Positions 63,101 through 64,000 of a stretch of 64,000 nucleotides of DNA are shown here, in pieces (the stretch's first letter is position 1; the number at the start of each line of letters is the position of its first letter). A program made the position numbers and the translations under genes. The notes under the pieces are model-generated. The model saw nothing but the letters and a program-made list of their open reading frames with translations. It was not told the DNA's origin and made no database searches. Origin of the DNA: an uncultured Verrucomicrobiota bacterium (lineage in GTDB: Bacteria; Verrucomicrobiota; Verrucomicrobiia; Limisphaerales; UBA9464); the NCBI GenBank assembly GCA_903854475.1, contig CAINWP010000064.1, forward strand, positions 5,590 through 69,589, read 5' to 3'.

Positions 63101-64000
63101 TGAAATTTACAACACGGGTGCCTCAGCCCTCGACTTGGGTGGCCTTTACCTGACGGACAATTGGACCAATCGCCTGAAGTGGTCCTTCCCGGTGGGCTCA
63201 GTGGTTCCGGCCGGAGGATTCTTAACGATTTGGTGCGATGGTGAGGAAGGCGAGTCGGCTTCAGGGGTGATTCACAGTTCGTTCCGATTGAGCCCGACCA
63301 ATGGCGTGGTGGCTCTAGTTCGCGATGAAGGCGGAGCTTCCGGGACCACCGTCTTGGATTACTTCACCTGGCGTTCGTTGCCTGCCGATCGATCCTTGGG
63401 TCTGGTGCCCGATGGGGTCGCACGCAGCGCGCAGAGCTTGTTTTATCCCACGCCCGGGGCCACCAACGACGCTTCATTCCCGGATTTCCGAGTCGTGATC
63501 AACGAGGTCATGGCTCAGAACACCCGAACCGTACAAGATCCAGTGGACGGAGATTATGACGATTGGATCGAGCTCTACAATGGAGGCACCAACACGGTGG
63601 ATCTCAGCGGCTTCTATTTGACCGACCGATTGACGAACTCCGTCTCGGCCATGTTCCGGATTCCTACGGGCTACCCCATTCCCGCGGGGGGGTTTCTACG
63701 GATCTGGGCGGATAATGAGGCAGGTCAAAATAAATCCGGGGCCGCAGATCTCCATGTGAATTTTTCGCTGTCGCGGGAAGGAGAGCAAGTGGGGTTGTTC
63801 GACCCACGTGGTGTCTTGGTCGATGAGATCACGTTTGGCGCCCAGACTAATGACGTTTCCCTGGGCCGATTCCCCGAAGGAGGACCGGTGCCGTTGTACT
63901 CGATGGAAGTGCCCACACCGGGATTGCCCAATGTCCTGTCGGGAGGCAACCGGCCACCGGTTTTCACTCCGATGAACCCCATGAGTTTGCCAGAACAAGT
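57120..64000 (+). CDS. Giant secreted multidomain protein: PA14 + Ig-like + jelly-roll + 3x lamin-tail domain (LTD) + CotH kinase-like domain + 3x LTD; truncated by the right edge
   Basis: Absent from the ORF track because there is no stop in the window. The ATG at 57120 opens a frame that I read without stops for 2293 codons, to position 63998. No other plus-strand track ORF is in this frame.
- Signal peptide: 'WVLMAILGWLPVHG'.
- PA14-like: 'YGQRLRGIFTAPLSGKYTFWIAADDYAGLFLS ... YYIEALQKEGGGGDNLAVRW' (~57190-57680).
- LTD starts: 'IVFSEIQYHP..LEFVELYN' (~58870), 'VVINEVLVH..VELYN' (~59361), 'VVLNEIMYHP..FVEVHN' (~59751), 'GINEIHYNP..FVEIFN' (~62525), 'WINEVLP..YVEIYN' (~63028), 'VVINEVMAQ..WIELYN' (~63493).
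- CotH-like core, ~61110-62100: 'NKYIYFQPGGRWRILPWDMDWVLG'. Confidence 0.8.
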   Translation, partial: MNWKFQTGATLGRWVLMAILGWLPVHGGTLLREVFSDIPGVTLDALTNSPAYPNKPTSTNIITDFFEAPTDVAEDYGQRLRGIFTAPLSGKYTFWIAADDYAGLFLSTDAGPDKARWIAGVLGWTPPRQWDSLPEQKSAPITLVAGSRYYIEALQKEGGGGDNLAVRWVRPDGVDEGPIPLDHFVAWGLKPEAPRISQQPVALTVDERGSATFTVAYDNPGGADVFWKRGGTLIPNATGASYTLDPVRWADNDASFQAFLTNALGSTQSVAVTLTVTPDTVAPEVRRVYNVGLTNVVIEFSEAVTIPAGAVSDAFRIDGGVSVQSAALGTNPTLLVLEVSGLVESTRYRLTLNGIRDQSARANALISNTEREFFTTELFPVNLGGNDARATLVQWVSRGGFDVSARGGDISGTTDSAGFAAQSLTGNFDLRVRVDGLTVTDPYMTAGLVIRSSADANATFAGAFAGSPSVGCFFRNRPSSGANAPMTAPRGGYPVNYPQTWLRLRRAGTSLAGFGSFDGTNWTALGSASISMPNTVQVGLTVGGRDTNAVAVVRFRDYGTVSEANEVMYQPQREGLGLSSRRTRIVFSEIQYHPQTLPGSPGLEFVELYNAGDVFEDLSRWKIEGTVRFQFPEGFRLGAGQFVVVAKDPAALMERHGIRDVLGPYSGSFNESGGPLELRDEMGAQKLATDFGTRDPWPVAADGSGHSLVLANPSYGEADPRAWTISAVRGGNPGQMDTLPPLDPASKVVINEVLVHTDLPQLDTVELYNGSTQPADVSGCVLTDDVRTNRFRIPAGTVLAPGGFLVLDEKVLGFRLSAAGESVWLMSSNGMRVLDVVRFGAQENGVASGRTPDGASGWRRLESFTPGKANAPRRVEDVVLNEIMYHPISDDDVDEFVEVHNRSSQPVDLAGWRLEQGVSYTFPAGASIPGGGYVVVGRNVERLRANHTPLTAANSFGNWSGSLRNSGERLSLSKPDLILSTNSVGQVSSDTIHIEVSAVDYRDAGRWGQWSGGGGSSMELVDPRADPLRASSWADSDETAKGEWQQFTLTDTLRFSTQPASRLQLGMLGAGECLLDQLEVLNAAGTLIVTNGGFEVGSGTAANGWSFLGHHRRSRIESTGAFDGSRVLHVIAPGDLDAGRNCIRAPISGGLNDGARMTLRVRARWQAGWPEVLFRTRGGGFEMTARLQVPRNLGTPGLPNSRKVNNAGPSIDLVRHTPAVPAAGLPVVVTARVSDADGLSSVSLRFRTVETAAFSSVAMRDDGAGGDALAGDGIWSGTLNGRGSGELVQFIVEAFDNATSTASSIFPSGTVYAGLPAVSGANIRWGDPVPTGTFNHVHAWLTSSQNTWLSNGQDSSLVGGLDNTFRDCTLVHGNLRVIYNAGIRRKGSPFTGQADYALTVPGDDLLLGTRDRVYGLTGNGGEEETRMRNQIANWIARKMGVPYLNTAYMRFYRNGSPFGSVCEDLEQPSNEYAESWYPDGGSGDLRKVAFAFEFDDSGGFEPTGADLGVYRNPNGQYNLSRYRFTWQGRPTGTTANDFTNFFAMVTAANDRTANFVPNLLNIADINQWMRSFALDGCLGNWDTWGTGNSQNKYIYFQPGGRWRILPWDMDWVLGVGDPTNRRLFGGNDGAVNVMFDTPIFQRMAWRAYQEAVSGPLTAAQYQPQFTARSAALSFNGVTGISSPTLIGSYLNGRRTYLNTQITASDAKAFAITTSGGNNFTSTTPVAVIDGTAPFATAAIEVNGIPMPLEWTSPQVFRIRVPLVGVTNVLSLVAVRADGTPLPGMTKSVTVRYTGVIQQVADYVGINEIHYNPLEPGASFVEIFNRSLSTSFDLSGCRLNGVGYTFPEGSVIPPATYWVLVRDRAAVVLAYGAGVRVFDEFAGSLDNGGERLSLVRASATNEVVLSEVRYDNSLPWPSLADGLGSSLQRIDASQSSWRVGNWMAAQTNAVNRVTPGKINASSGGLASIPPAWINEVLPANIKGPRDNAGDADPYVEIYNTGASALDLGGLYLTDNWTNRLKWSFPVGSVVPAGGFLTIWCDGEEGESASGVIHSSFRLSPTNGVVALVRDEGGASGTTVLDYFTWRSLPADRSLGLVPDGVARSAQSLFYPTPGATNDASFPDFRVVINEVMAQNTRTVQDPVDGDYDDWIELYNGGTNTVDLSGFYLTDRLTNSVSAMFRIPTGYPIPAGGFLRIWADNEAGQNKSGAADLHVNFSLSREGEQVGLFDPRGVLVDEITFGAQTNDVSLGRFPEGGPVPLYSMEVPTPGLPNVLSGGNRPPVFTPMNPMSLPEQ

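Noticed and set aside
58870-63950. Whether the six LTD modules are recent nucleotide-level repeats, which would raise an assembly or recombination concern.
   Set aside because: Similarity is confined to short protein motifs (INE(V/I), (F/V)(V/I)EL(Y/F)N, DLSG, P.GG(F/Y)). I saw no long identical nucleotide stretches, so these are diverged domain repeats and not DNA repeats.

Overview
This 64-kb window is about 60% GC and densely coding. I call about 47 CDS. I found no rRNA, tRNA, CRISPR array, transposase or integrase. The gene content points to a PVC-superphylum bacterium, most likely Verrucomicrobiota; this is inference only. The evidence is a PEP-CTERM protein, a Pirellula/Verrucomicrobium-type 'membrane-bound dehydrogenase + CxxCH' protein, the DUF1501, DUF1549/DUF1553 and PSCyt1 families, and many GTG/TTG starts with 4-nt start/stop overlaps.

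Housekeeping blocks:
- tolQ-(extra gene)-tolR-tolA-like-tolB-pal
- aceE, serS, argG, mobA
- fabG-(extra gene)-acpP-fabF
- mutM, maf, rluD, ftsK, glgC
- rpsP-KH-trmD-rplS, with no rimM

Accessory or PVC-specific blocks:
- a sulfatase-SGNH fusion
- a PEP-CTERM protein
- a DsbD/ScsB-like reductase
- a three-gene periplasmic heme/PQQ dehydrogenase operon
- a five-gene DUF1501/DUF1549-1553/PSCyt1-WD40 cluster
- a creatininase-MFS-Tat-protein trio

Two genes are cut by the window edges and are therefore missing from the supplied ORF track. One is an FtsX-like permease (1-1133, minus strand). The other is a giant PA14/lamin-tail-domain/CotH protein of more than 2290 codons (57120 to the right edge).

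Best candidates for undescribed biology:
1. the tightly coupled five-gene cluster of function-unknown PVC families (42.8-53.5 kb)
2. a tail-anchored protein with three double-zinc-ribbon repeats, translationally coupled between tolQ and tolR
3. the giant CotH/LTD surface protein

All family assignments come from motif recognition by eye. No database search was possible. Domain boundaries are approximate.
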